Origin: an uncultured bacterium
Lineage (GTDB): Bacteria; Acidobacteriota; Thermoanaerobaculia; Multivoradales; JAHZIX01
NCBI GenBank assembly: GCA_965368975.1
Contig: CBDUPA010000003.1
Coordinates: 192,001-256,000 of the forward strand
Length of the DNA stretch: 64,000 nt
Direction: 5' to 3'
The notes below the pieces were generated by a model. It did no database searches, was not told where the DNA came from, and worked only from the letters and a program-made list of their open reading frames with translations. Positions within the stretch are counted from its first letter, which is position 1. Every line of letters begins with the position of its first letter. Position numbers and translations under genes: made by a program. Positions 31,365-40,676 of the stretch are shown piece after piece.

Positions 31365-32720
31365 GTGAGCGCGACCCCCCCTCTGCGCGTCTTGCTGGGA
31401 GTCGGTGGTGGAATCGCTGCGTTCAAGGCGGCGCAGATCACACGCCGCTTGCGCGAGCGTGGTCACCAGGTGCGCTGTGCCATGACCGAGCACGCCACCG
31501 CCTTTCTGACGCCGCTGACGCTGGAAGTGCTGAGCACCGAGCCGGTGTATCGGCAGGAGTATCTGCGACCGACCGACAGCGGCGAGGAGTTGCACATCAC
31601 TGCAGCTCTGTGGGCGGACGTGCTGTGCGTCGCGCCGACCACGTGCAACTTGTTGGCCAAGCTTGCTCAAGGGCTGGCCGACGACTTCTTGACTACGACC
31701 GCACTGGCGTGCACCGCGCCGTTGGTGTTGGCGCCGGCCATGCACCACCACATGTGGAATCACTCGGCGGTGCGTGCCAACGTCGACCTACTGCGCCGTC
31801 GTGACGTCGTTTTCGCCGGTCCGGTCGAGGGGCTGCTGGCGTCCGGGGAGCAGGGGCAGGGGCGCCTGGCCGACCCGGAAGATATCGTGCTGGCCATTGA
31901 AGCCGCGGCCTACGCTCGGCAGGCTGGTCGTGGTGTGGAGGACGGCAGCTCGTCCGCAGGCGCCAGTCTTGCAGCAGGCAGCAGTCTTGCCACAAGCAGC
32001 AGTCTTGCGACAGGGAGGACCTTGATCGACAAGAATGTCGTGATCAGTGCCGGTCCGACCCACGAACCGGTCGACTCGGTACGCTATCTGGGCAACCACT
32101 CGAGCGGCAAGATGGGCTTTGCGCTCGCCGCGGAAGCCGCCCGCCGTGGTGCGCGTGTGCAACTCGTGGCCGGACCTACGGCACTGCCGACTCCCGAGGG
32201 GGTCGAGCGCATCGACGTCACCACCGCGCTGCAGATGCAGCAGGCCGTGCACGATGCGGTCGAGGCCGCCGACCTGGTGATCATGTCGGCGGCCGTGGCC
32301 GACTTCCGCCCTGCACGACCGGCTGATCGTAAGCTGAAGAAGGAAGAGGGCGTGCCGCAGATCGAGCTGCAGCAGAACCCGGACATCCTGGCGGGGCTGG
32401 CGGATGTCGCGCCGCAGGCCGTGCGCGTCGGCTTCGCCGCGGAAACGAACGACCTGGAGTCCAATGCGCTCAGCAAGCTGGAGCGCAAGCGGGCTCACAT
32501 GGTGGTGGCCAACGACGTTTCCCGCCAGGACATCGGCTTCAGTCACGACTCCAACGAAGTGATCGTCTATCGCCGCGATGGCGAGCCGGTGTTTCTTTCC
32601 CGGCGTCCCAAGACCGAACTCGCCGAGGCCTTGCTGGACCTGTTCGCCGAGGTCCTCGAAGCTCATCAAACCGGGGCCCGAGACCCGGGCGCCTCGGCAG
32701 AGGCCGGTCGGGAGGCCTGA
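31365..32720 (+). CDS. coaBC: Bifunctional phosphopantothenoylcysteine decarboxylase/ligase
   Basis: GGIAAFKA, APAM...MW, SAGPT.E..D.VRY..N.SSGKMG, AAVADF, GFAAET. Confidence 0.95.
   Translation: MSATPPLRVLLGVGGGIAAFKAAQITRRLRERGHQVRCAMTEHATAFLTPLTLEVLSTEPVYRQEYLRPTDSGEELHITAALWADVLCVAPTTCNLLAKLAQGLADDFLTTTALACTAPLVLAPAMHHHMWNHSAVRANVDLLRRRDVVFAGPVEGLLASGEQGQGRLADPEDIVLAIEAAAYARQAGRGVEDGSSSAGASLAAGSSLATSSSLATGRTLIDKNVVISAGPTHEPVDSVRYLGNHSSGKMGFALAAEAARRGARVQLVAGPTALPTPEGVERIDVTTALQMQQAVHDAVEAADLVIMSAAVADFRPARPADRKLKKEEGVPQIELQQNPDILAGLADVAPQAVRVGFAAETNDLESNALSKLERKRAHMVVANDVSRQDIGFSHDSNEVIVYRRDGEPVFLSRRPKTELAEALLDLFAEVLEAHQTGARDPGASAEAGREA
31964..32014. repeat. Three 18-bp in-frame tandem repeats in the CoaC-CoaB linker
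   Basis: cagtcttgc at 31964, 31982 and 32000 (SLAAGS/SLATSS/SLATG). Confidence 0.8.
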
Positions 32721-32724
32721 GTCG

Positions 32725-33579
32725 ATGCCGGATCCTCGGCAAGCTGTGAAGCTGGATAGGGCACAAGCCGAGCTGACGCTCTACCTGCGAGATCTGGGTT
32801 TCGGCGAGCTGTACTTGCGTGGTGGAGATCCGGGCGCGGGGCCTGCTCGTGCAGAGGCTGCTGCGTCAGAGTTCACCCCATCCAGGCCGACCCTATCGAA
32901 GCCGAGATCCTCGCATCCTGGAAGCCCTGAGCCTATCCACATCGAACCTGTCCATCCTGGCTCCGTCAACTCTGAGCCGGTCCACGCGGAATCACCACGA
33001 CCGGTCGCCTCGACGCCGGCGCAGCGCGCCGAACAGCTCCTCGTCTGCGCTGCGGAGGCCGGTGGTTGCACGCGTTGCCGTCTGGCCGAGGGACGTAACC
33101 GGGTGGTCTTCGGTGTCGGGGATCCGAATGCCGATCTCATGTTCATCGGCGAAGGCCCCGGAGCTGACGAGGACCGCCAGGGCGAGCCGTTCGTCGGCCG
33201 TGCTGGCCAGTTGCTCGACCGCATCATCCAGGCGATCGAGATGCAGCGCGAGCAGGTTTACATTGCCAACATCGTCAAATGCCGGCCACCACGCAACCGT
33301 GACCCGCAGGCCGACGAGGTCGAAGCCTGCATAGGCTATCTGCAGCGCCAGATCGACCTGGTGCGGCCGAAGGTCCTTGTGCTGCTCGGTAAGGTGGCTG
33401 CGCAGACGCTGCTCGGCACGGACTTGACGCTCGGCCGCATGCGCGGCCGCTGGTGGCAGGTGCGCGGCGTCGAGACCCGTGTCACGTACCACCCGGCGGC
33501 GCTGCTGCGCAACGACCAGTTCAAGCGCCCGACCTGGGAAGACATGCAATTGGTGCGCGATCGCCTGAGGACTGAGTAG
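32725..33579 (+). CDS. Uracil-DNA glycosylase, family 4 (Fe-S)
   Basis: [34 protein letters not shown]. Confidence 0.93.
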   Translation: MPDPRQAVKLDRAQAELTLYLRDLGFGELYLRGGDPGAGPARAEAAASEFTPSRPTLSKPRSSHPGSPEPIHIEPVHPGSVNSEPVHAESPRPVASTPAQRAEQLLVCAAEAGGCTRCRLAEGRNRVVFGVGDPNADLMFIGEGPGADEDRQGEPFVGRAGQLLDRIIQAIEMQREQVYIANIVKCRPPRNRDPQADEVEACIGYLQRQIDLVRPKVLVLLGKVAAQTLLGTDLTLGRMRGRWWQVRGVETRVTYHPAALLRNDQFKRPTWEDMQLVRDRLRTE

Positions 33580-33608
33580 GGCGGGGCCTCCTGCCAGGAC
33601 GCAACGTC

Positions 33609-35129
33609 ATGGCCTGGCCGGCCTCGTTTCTGGATCGTCTCGAGCGCCGTTTGGCAGGTCTCGACGGGCCTTTGATTCAGGTGTGGAGTCGACCCGGTTC
33701 GGGTGCCCGCCTGCTGCTCGATGCGCTGCAGCCGCGCGTCCACGAGATCCCTCCCGCCGTGCTCACGCGTCCCGACGCCTTCGCGGCTGCCCTGACCGAG
33801 GCAGAGGCGCTGGAGCGACCCTGGCTACTGTGTACGGGCATTCCCGCTGCTGGCGATGTGGCACCCGCGATGGCACAGTTGACCAGCCGGCAGCGCTTGG
33901 TGCTCTTCACCCACCGGCGCCTGGAACTCGACCTCCCGCCTTCGAGCGGCATGAGTTGGTTGACGCCTCGAGACTGGCACCTGACGCCGGCCGAGGTGGT
34001 GGAGTTCTGGCGCGCGGCACGGGGTGTCGAGCTGAGTGAATCCGCGGCTCTGTCGCTGGCGCACGCCAGTGACGGCTGGCTACGCCTCCTGGAGCTGGCC
34101 GCCGACGGCAACTTCGACGTCTCGGCGGATCAGGCCCGTGACACAGAGCGTTTGCGCGCCCTGCCCGCGGTCCGAGCCTTTCTCGAGGTCACGGCTTCTC
34201 TGGGCTCGGACCTGCCGGACGAACCTGGCTCTCTGAGCGATGCCGGCGAGAGTGCGGGGTATGGCAGCAACGCTTGGGAGGCTGTGGAGCTGGCTGTGGA
34301 ACTGGCCGTGGACGTTCAGGGCTCGGGGGAGCCGGATTACCGAGTCCGCTTGTTTGGTCTGCCCACCGTCGAGCGCCGCGTCGCTCCCGGACGCTACACC
34401 GAGGTCGATTTCACCCTGCGCCGCTGTTTCAAGCTCCTGCTCTACCTGGCGGCAGCGCCCGACCACCGCGTGGGCAAGGAAGAACTGGTCGAGGTGCTGT
34501 GGTCGGAGGACGAAGCCGAGTCGGTGCAACGCAACTTTCATCCCACGCTCAGTCACCTGCGCCGGGATCTCGGTGGCACCGGTTCGAGTTCTCCGGGGGC
34601 GGCGCGCAATCCGATTGTCTTCCGAAATCGCTCGTACCAGCTCAACCCGGACTTACACTGGGAGATCGACGTCGACCTCTTCGAAGCCCAGGCGCTGGAG
34701 GCGGCGCGCTGCCTACAGGAGGCGAACCTGCCGGGGCGCCGCGACAGCGATCTGCAGGCTGCCGTGGCAGCCGGGCAGCGAGCCTGGAAGCTCTACCGCG
34801 GGCCCTTTCTCGATGGTCAATACGACGCTTGGACCCACAGCCGCCGGGACGATCTGCAGCGCACCCACCTGCGTTTGCTGCGTGATCTGGGCGATATGTA
34901 CGTGCGTCTCGGCCGTCCCGTCGATGCCCTCGATGCGTACCGCGCGGTGATCACCGAAGACCCGATGGAAGAGAGCGTCCAGGTCGCCATCCTGCGTCTC
35001 TACGCGGCGCAGGGTCGCCGTGACCTGGTGCGGCGGCAGTACGACAAGCTCTGCACCCTGTTGCTCAACGAGCTGGGCGTCGAGCCCCTGCCGGAGACCA
35101 CGGCCGAATACCATCGCCTGATGGCGTGA
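33609..35129 (+). CDS. Transcriptional regulator with a truncated MalT-like N-terminus and a SARP-type wHTH-BTAD module
   Basis: SDGW; LLLYLA..ELVEVLW..FH.TLSHLRR; LYRGPFL; DPMEES..LYA..GRR..YDKL...ELGVEPLPET. Confidence 0.85.
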   Translation: MAWPASFLDRLERRLAGLDGPLIQVWSRPGSGARLLLDALQPRVHEIPPAVLTRPDAFAAALTEAEALERPWLLCTGIPAAGDVAPAMAQLTSRQRLVLFTHRRLELDLPPSSGMSWLTPRDWHLTPAEVVEFWRAARGVELSESAALSLAHASDGWLRLLELAADGNFDVSADQARDTERLRALPAVRAFLEVTASLGSDLPDEPGSLSDAGESAGYGSNAWEAVELAVELAVDVQGSGEPDYRVRLFGLPTVERRVAPGRYTEVDFTLRRCFKLLLYLAAAPDHRVGKEELVEVLWSEDEAESVQRNFHPTLSHLRRDLGGTGSSSPGAARNPIVFRNRSYQLNPDLHWEIDVDLFEAQALEAARCLQEANLPGRRDSDLQAAVAAGQRAWKLYRGPFLDGQYDAWTHSRRDDLQRTHLRLLRDLGDMYVRLGRPVDALDAYRAVITEDPMEESVQVAILRLYAAQGRRDLVRRQYDKLCTLLLNELGVEPLPETTAEYHRLMA

Positions 35130-35145
35130 GCGGTGCTCTCGACGG

Positions 35146-36216
35146 GTGGGCGGGGCCTTCTTCTGGATGGCGTCCATCGTGCCAGCGGGGTACAATCTCC
35201 TCGTTGTGAGTTCGACCGCCGTCGCCCCCGCGCCCTCCCCAGCTGCTCTTCCGTCCTCGCAGGCGAACACGCCGGAGCCGGAGGTGTCTGTGCTGGTCCC
35301 TGTCCTCGACGAAGAAGGAACCGTCGAGGACCTGGCACAGCGCGTGGCGGCGGTGCTGGACGGCCTCGGGCACAGCTTCGAAGTCCTGTTCATTGATGAT
35401 GGTTCGCGGGACGCCACCGTGGCACGGATCCACGCCGCGCATGAGCGCGACGAACGCGTCAAGCTGGTGCAGCTGCGCCGCAACTTCGGCAAGGCCGCGG
35501 CGCTGTCAGCCGGCTTCGAGCACAGCCGTGGACGCCTGATCTTCACCATGGACGGCGATCTGCAGGACGATCCGGACGAGATCCCACGTTTCCTCGAGAC
35601 GCTGGAGGAGCAGGATCTGGACCTGGTTTCCGGCTGGAAGCACCAGCGCCGCGACCCGATCTCCAAGCGGTATCCGTCCAAGGTCTTCAATTTCGTCACC
35701 CGCCGGCTGGCGGGCGTCGATCTGCACGACTTCAACTGCGGCTTCAAGCTCTATCGGCGCGAAGTACTGGAGCAGATCGCCATCTACGGTGAGCTGCACC
35801 GTTACATTCCCGTGTTGGCCAGCCACAAGGGTTTCCGCGTCGGCGAGCTGGCCGTCAACCACCATCCGCGCCGGCACGGCGTCAGCAAGTACGGCTGGGA
35901 TCGTTTCCTGAAGGGGCCGCTCGACCTGCTGACCGTCCTCTTTGTCACCCGCTACATGCGCCGGCCGCTGCATCTCTTCGGTGCCGTCGGTGGCCTGTGC
36001 CTGGGGCTTGGTTTCCTGGTCAACGCCTACCTGGCGGTGCTCTGGTTGTTCGGCGAGTCGCTGTCCAACCGGCCGTTGCTGCTCTTCGGCGTCTTGCTGA
36101 TGGTGATCGGCCTGCAGATCCTGACGACCGGTCTGCTCGGCGAGATGATCACGCACAAGGGCTTTCGCCGGGCGGATAGCTACTCGATCAAAGACACGGT
36201 CGGTCTCGCGGACTGA
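35146..36216 (+). CDS. Glycosyltransferase family 2 (ArnC/DPM-synthase-like); start uncertain
   Basis: VLVPVLDEE, IDDGSRD, RNFGKAAAL, MDGDLQDDP, GELHRYIP; two C-terminal TM helices. Confidence 0.92.
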   Translation: MGGAFFWMASIVPAGYNLLVVSSTAVAPAPSPAALPSSQANTPEPEVSVLVPVLDEEGTVEDLAQRVAAVLDGLGHSFEVLFIDDGSRDATVARIHAAHERDERVKLVQLRRNFGKAAALSAGFEHSRGRLIFTMDGDLQDDPDEIPRFLETLEEQDLDLVSGWKHQRRDPISKRYPSKVFNFVTRRLAGVDLHDFNCGFKLYRREVLEQIAIYGELHRYIPVLASHKGFRVGELAVNHHPRRHGVSKYGWDRFLKGPLDLLTVLFVTRYMRRPLHLFGAVGGLCLGLGFLVNAYLAVLWLFGESLSNRPLLLFGVLLMVIGLQILTTGLLGEMITHKGFRRADSYSIKDTVGLAD

Positions 36217-36228
36217 AGCCGTGCGACC

Positions 36229-37515
36229 TTGCGACTGAGGACGGACGTTCCCCTGAAGCTTCTCTTCCTGACCCAGACCTTCCCGCGCTTTCCCGAGGAC
36301 ACCGCTGGCCCGTTCATCCAAGAACTGGCGCGTGGCTTGGTGCGCGGCGGCGACGAGGTCTGCGTGCTGGCGCCGCATGCGCCAGAGGTGCCGGCTGCTT
36401 GGGAGGTCGATGGCGTGGAGGTACGCACCTTTCGCTATGCGCCCGAGTCGCTGGAACTGGTCGGCTACAGCCGCAGCCTGGATCGCGACGAGAGCCTCAA
36501 GTTCGGCGCCGTGCTGTCGACGCCGCTCTACTTCCTGGGCGCCCTGCGGGCGGTGCGCCGCCTGTGCAAGCAGCGACACTTCGACCTGGTGCAAGCGCAC
36601 TGGGTCGTGCCCAACGCCCTGATCACCGCGCCGCTGCTCGGTTCCTGGTTTGGGGGGCGCGATGCCCGAGCCCGCAATGTACCCGCCTTGGCTGTCGGCC
36701 TGCACGGTAGCGACGTCTTCTTGGCCGAGAAGCCCGGCGTGCGCACGGCCGTCGGTTGGGCGCTGCGCCGCTCGCAGGTGCTCACCGGCTGCTCACCAGA
36801 ACTCGTCGACCGCGTCGCGGCACTCGGCTTCCCGCGCGACGCCGCCGCGGTGATCCCCTACGGTGTCGATGTCGAGGTCTTTCGTCCGAACGCCGGAGAC
36901 GCAGGTGCGGCAGAGTGGCGGCGCAAGCTGGGCATCGACGACGGCGCGCCGTTGGTGCTGACCGTCGGCCGCATGGCAACCAAGAAGGGCTTCCAAGTGC
37001 TGCTGCCGCAGCTCGAAGCCTTGCTGCGGGCGCACCCGGCGGCCCACTGCGTGTTCGCCGGAGCCGGCGACCGGCTGCGAGAGTTCCAGGACATCGCCGG
37101 CCGGCTCGACGCCTCGGAGCGCGTCCATTTCCCCGGCGCCGTCTACCGCGACACTCTGCCCGACCTGTACCGCGCTGCCGACCTCTTTGTCCTACCCGCC
37201 GTGCACGATGTTGCCAGCAATGTCGACGGCCTGCCCAACGTGATTCTCGAAGCCATGGCCAGCGGCCTACCGGTCATCGCCTCGCGTCTCTCGGGCATCC
37301 CCTTGGCGGTGGAGGATGGGGTCACGGGCCGGCTGGTGCCCGAGCAAAACGGTGAAGCCTTGCGCCAGGCGCTCGACGACCTGCTCGGCGACCTCCAGCG
37401 TTGCCGCCTCTGGGGCGCCGCCGGTCGGCGCAAGGCCGAAGCCGAACTCACTTGGGACGCTGTCGCGGCGCACTACCGCGCGGCCTACCGGCGGGGAATC
37501 GAGATGCGATCTTGA
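36229..37515 (+). CDS. Glycosyltransferase family 4
   Basis: VGRMATKKGF, DGLPNVILEAMASGLPV, G.TG.LV. Confidence 0.92.
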   Translation: MRLRTDVPLKLLFLTQTFPRFPEDTAGPFIQELARGLVRGGDEVCVLAPHAPEVPAAWEVDGVEVRTFRYAPESLELVGYSRSLDRDESLKFGAVLSTPLYFLGALRAVRRLCKQRHFDLVQAHWVVPNALITAPLLGSWFGGRDARARNVPALAVGLHGSDVFLAEKPGVRTAVGWALRRSQVLTGCSPELVDRVAALGFPRDAAAVIPYGVDVEVFRPNAGDAGAAEWRRKLGIDDGAPLVLTVGRMATKKGFQVLLPQLEALLRAHPAAHCVFAGAGDRLREFQDIAGRLDASERVHFPGAVYRDTLPDLYRAADLFVLPAVHDVASNVDGLPNVILEAMASGLPVIASRLSGIPLAVEDGVTGRLVPEQNGEALRQALDDLLGDLQRCRLWGAAGRRKAEAELTWDAVAAHYRAAYRRGIEMRS

Positions 37516-38708
37516 TGTCCGCCGAGACGGCTGCTCACGGGAACTGGGTGCACGACCTGGAATGCTCGCGCACCGGCACCCGGGCGCCCATCGATCAACC
37601 TGCCTTCTTGTCGCCCGCCGGCGCGCCGTGGCTGGTGCGCTACCTGCTCGATGCCGAGCGGGGTCGTCAGCTGCGCCGGGCGCTGGTCCAGGACAACCGC
37701 CCGTGGACCCTGTGGCGCTACCGGGAGCTCCTGCCGCTAGGTGACTTCGATGCGCGCGTCGATCTCGGCGAGGGAGGCACGCCGCTGGTTGCCTTGCGCC
37801 GCGTTGCGCCGGCGGGCGTACAGGCCTGGTGGAAGCAGGAGGGCAACAATCCCACCGGCTCGTTCAAGGCGCGCGGCCTGAGCCTGGCAGTCAACCGGGC
37901 GCGCGAGCTGGGCGCACCAGGCGTTGAGCTGGCAAGCGCCGGAAATGCTGCGCTGGCGCTGTGTGCCTATGCCGTCAGTGCCGGCTTGCCGAGCCGCGTA
38001 GCCTTACCCGAGGACACGCCGCGTACCGTCTTCGAGCGCTGTAAGGCGCTCGGGGCCGAAGTACTGAGCGGTCACGGGACCTTGGTCGAGGCCGCCGCTC
38101 GCCTCCAGGAGCGAGATCTCGGCTACTGGAACCTGTCGACGTTGCGCGAGCCCTACCGTGTCGAAGGCAAGAAGACCATGGGGTTAGAACTCTTCGAGCA
38201 GTTCGGCTGCCTGCAGCCTGGGGGGCAGCTGCCGGACTGGATTGTCTACCCGACCGGTGGAGGCACCGGCATTGTCGGCATGCACAAAGCTTTCGACGAA
38301 CTCGAAGCGCTCGGCTTGCTCGACCCCGGGCGTCCGCGGCCACGCTTTGCCGTCGTCCAGACGGCTGGCTGCGCACCGTTGGTCGAGGCATGGAAGGCTG
38401 GGCGAGAGAGCGCCGAGCCATGGCCGGACCCGCGGCGTACCGACGCCTGGGGTCTGCGCGTGCCCAAAGCCTCGGGCGACTTCCTGGTGCTCCGAGCCCT
38501 GCGCGATACCGATGGTGTCGCGATCGCGATCGAAGAAGCTCGGATGCGCGAAACGATGCAGCGGGTCGCCCGCGCGGAAGGTCTGTTCGTCAGCCCCGAA
38601 GGCGCGGCCTGCCTGGCCGCCCTGGAGGACCTGGTCGCCAGCGGCGAAATCCGCCCCGACCACCGCGTGGTGCTTTTTCAAACTGGGGATCCGGCGAACT
38701 ATCGCTGA
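37515..38708 (+). CDS. thrC: Threonine synthase-like PLP enzyme
   Basis: LWRYRELLP, LGEGGTPL, NPTGSFKARG (PLP Lys), SAGNA, EGKKTMG, YPTGGG. Confidence 0.8.
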   Translation: MSAETAAHGNWVHDLECSRTGTRAPIDQPAFLSPAGAPWLVRYLLDAERGRQLRRALVQDNRPWTLWRYRELLPLGDFDARVDLGEGGTPLVALRRVAPAGVQAWWKQEGNNPTGSFKARGLSLAVNRARELGAPGVELASAGNAALALCAYAVSAGLPSRVALPEDTPRTVFERCKALGAEVLSGHGTLVEAAARLQERDLGYWNLSTLREPYRVEGKKTMGLELFEQFGCLQPGGQLPDWIVYPTGGGTGIVGMHKAFDELEALGLLDPGRPRPRFAVVQTAGCAPLVEAWKAGRESAEPWPDPRRTDAWGLRVPKASGDFLVLRALRDTDGVAIAIEEARMRETMQRVARAEGLFVSPEGAACLAALEDLVASGEIRPDHRVVLFQTGDPANYR

Positions 38709-38778
38709 CGCGTCCGTCTCACATCAGAACCGGTCGTTCGAGCCGGACCCTACGCTGACCTGCTGGGAGGAGAAGGAA

Positions 38779-40068
38779 ATGATTCGACGCTCGCTGTCCT
38801 GGTGCTGTCTGTCCGCGTTAGCTGTTCTGCTGTTGCCGACCGCCGGCCACGCGCAGCTGTCCAAGCGAGACATCCTGGAGATGGCTGCTGCCGGCGAGCC
38901 GACCGCCCGCATCGTGGCGCGTGTCCAAGAAGAGTGCGTCGACTTCGAAGTCGATGCGTTGACCATCGCTGACCTGTCTGATGCTCTGCCCCGCGAGGTG
39001 CTGGAGGTGGTCGCCAGCTGTCGCGAGACCAAGCAGAGCAGTTTGCATTGCCGTCTCTATCGTGCTGCCTCTGTCGACGACGAGCTTCAGGGTTTCCCGT
39101 TCGTCATTCGCAAGATCCGCCACGGCGAAGTCACGGTGGATGTCATGGATCGCCGACCGTGGATTGAGGAGCGGACTAGCGGCCCCTTCGACATCCGCGG
39201 CATCGCCCGCGAGATGCAGAATTGGGATGCGCACGAGGTCTTGCTGCGGGAGCGACTGGAAGCGGTGAGCGGTCTGCGTGATCTCTATATCGAGTTCGAA
39301 AGCCTCCTCGACACCGAAGAGCTAACCGCTCGCCAATTGCGCGCTGTGCTCGACGTGTGCGCCGAAGACAGCGGCGAGCCCGCCGGCGTTCCGTTGCTGG
39401 TGGACAGTACACCCGAAGGCGCCGCCGTCGTCGTCGACGGGATTCCGTTCGGCCAGACGCCGCTGCAAGCTTCGGTGCCAGAGAAGGAAGTTGAGATCGA
39501 GATCCTGCTTCCCGGTTACAGCGCCTACCGTACGGTTGCCGAGGGTGTCCTGAACCAGCAATTGCGTCTCGACGTCGAACTGGAGGGCAGTGCGCAGAGC
39601 TGCCTGAGTTTCGGCCTCAGCGGTGATGTCGACGGCCAGCTACGTGCACTCAAGGGCAAACTGGAAGGCCAGCGCATCGAACTGGTGGTGCCGCTGGTCG
39701 AGGTGCTGAGTAGCAAGACTAACCTGCGCGTCCCGTCCACCCACGTGGTCGAGGGTCGGCGCATTCTCTTCGAGCCGAGCTCCGGTGACGAATACGTCGA
39801 CCATCCGCACCTGCTGCTGGGCCAGGATCTCGGTGGTTGGGCCTTCGGCGAGACGGCACGGCGTCTGGAGATCCTGGTGCCTGGTCCGGTGACCGTGATC
39901 GAGGTCGACGATGGTCGTCACGGCCTCGAGATCGAGCTGCTGCACGAGAGCGGGGAGAAGACCAAGGTCTACTTCGACTTCGTGCGCGATTTGGACGAGG
40001 TACCAGTGTCCGAGCTGGAAGCCGGGGTGTGCCGGATCTTCGCGGCCCGAGAGGCGCTTGGGCCTTAG
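38779..40068 (+). CDS. Secreted PEGA-domain protein
   Basis: ATG 38779 after an AG-rich RBS; signal peptide; VDSTPEGAAVVVDG..GQTP..GY PEGA motif. Confidence 0.75.
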   Translation: MIRRSLSWCCLSALAVLLLPTAGHAQLSKRDILEMAAAGEPTARIVARVQEECVDFEVDALTIADLSDALPREVLEVVASCRETKQSSLHCRLYRAASVDDELQGFPFVIRKIRHGEVTVDVMDRRPWIEERTSGPFDIRGIAREMQNWDAHEVLLRERLEAVSGLRDLYIEFESLLDTEELTARQLRAVLDVCAEDSGEPAGVPLLVDSTPEGAAVVVDGIPFGQTPLQASVPEKEVEIEILLPGYSAYRTVAEGVLNQQLRLDVELEGSAQSCLSFGLSGDVDGQLRALKGKLEGQRIELVVPLVEVLSSKTNLRVPSTHVVEGRRILFEPSSGDEYVDHPHLLLGQDLGGWAFGETARRLEILVPGPVTVIEVDDGRHGLEIELLHESGEKTKVYFDFVRDLDEVPVSELEAGVCRIFAAREALGP

Positions 40069-40085
40069 GCGCTCAGCCCTGGTAG

Positions 40086-40634
40086 TCAGCCTGCGGTGAA
40101 CAGCGGAACGAAGCAGCGCGGCTGGTGGAAGTCCGGCCGCGCACCCGGCACTGGCTGCCAGGCTAGATAGCAGCGCTTGGAACCTGTGCCGTGGATGGCG
40201 TAGACGTTCAAGTGGTGGGGAAGGGGCGGTAGGTAGCTGGCGGGAATCTGTGCGCGGCCGCGCCAGCGGCGAGCTTTGAAGTCGATCTCGGCGTCGAATT
40301 CGAGGGGGAAGCCCTGCGTTGCGACCTTGCGGATGTCCGAGAGCTGCAGCACCAGATAGTGCCCGTGCGGTCCTAGCTCGACTTCCAGGTATGGGATCGC
40401 ACCGTCGCGCTGCGGTGGTCCCGCGATGAAGAGTTCGACGACTTCGAAGTTCCACAGGCCGTCGACGGAGCCAGGAGGATGATCTGGGGCGGGGTCGTTG
40501 TGGAAGGGAGCATCGATCTGGATGTGAAGTCCAGCACCAGGAGCCTGCCTGATGAGGCGCACTATGACCTGCTCCGTAGGTGGAATCGGTTTCCCGTTCC
40601 AGGTAGCAGTGATGACCAGATGAGACTCGTGCAC
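40086..40634 (-). CDS. UPF0462/C4orf33-like protein
   Basis: TWNG, APF..DP, LW.(F/Y)EVVE.F, YLEVEL.PHG..LVL.L, N..AIHG and PDFH, in the same order as I recall for human C4orf33. Confidence 0.75.
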   Translation of the reverse strand: MHESHLVITATWNGKPIPPTEQVIVRLIRQAPGAGLHIQIDAPFHNDPAPDHPPGSVDGLWNFEVVELFIAGPPQRDGAIPYLEVELGPHGHYLVLQLSDIRKVATQGFPLEFDAEIDFKARRWRGRAQIPASYLPPLPHHLNVYAIHGTGSKRCYLAWQPVPGARPDFHQPRCFVPLFTAG

Positions 40635-40676
40635 ATTGGGTAGCCTAGCAGATGCTATACTCCGACCACTCTAGCC

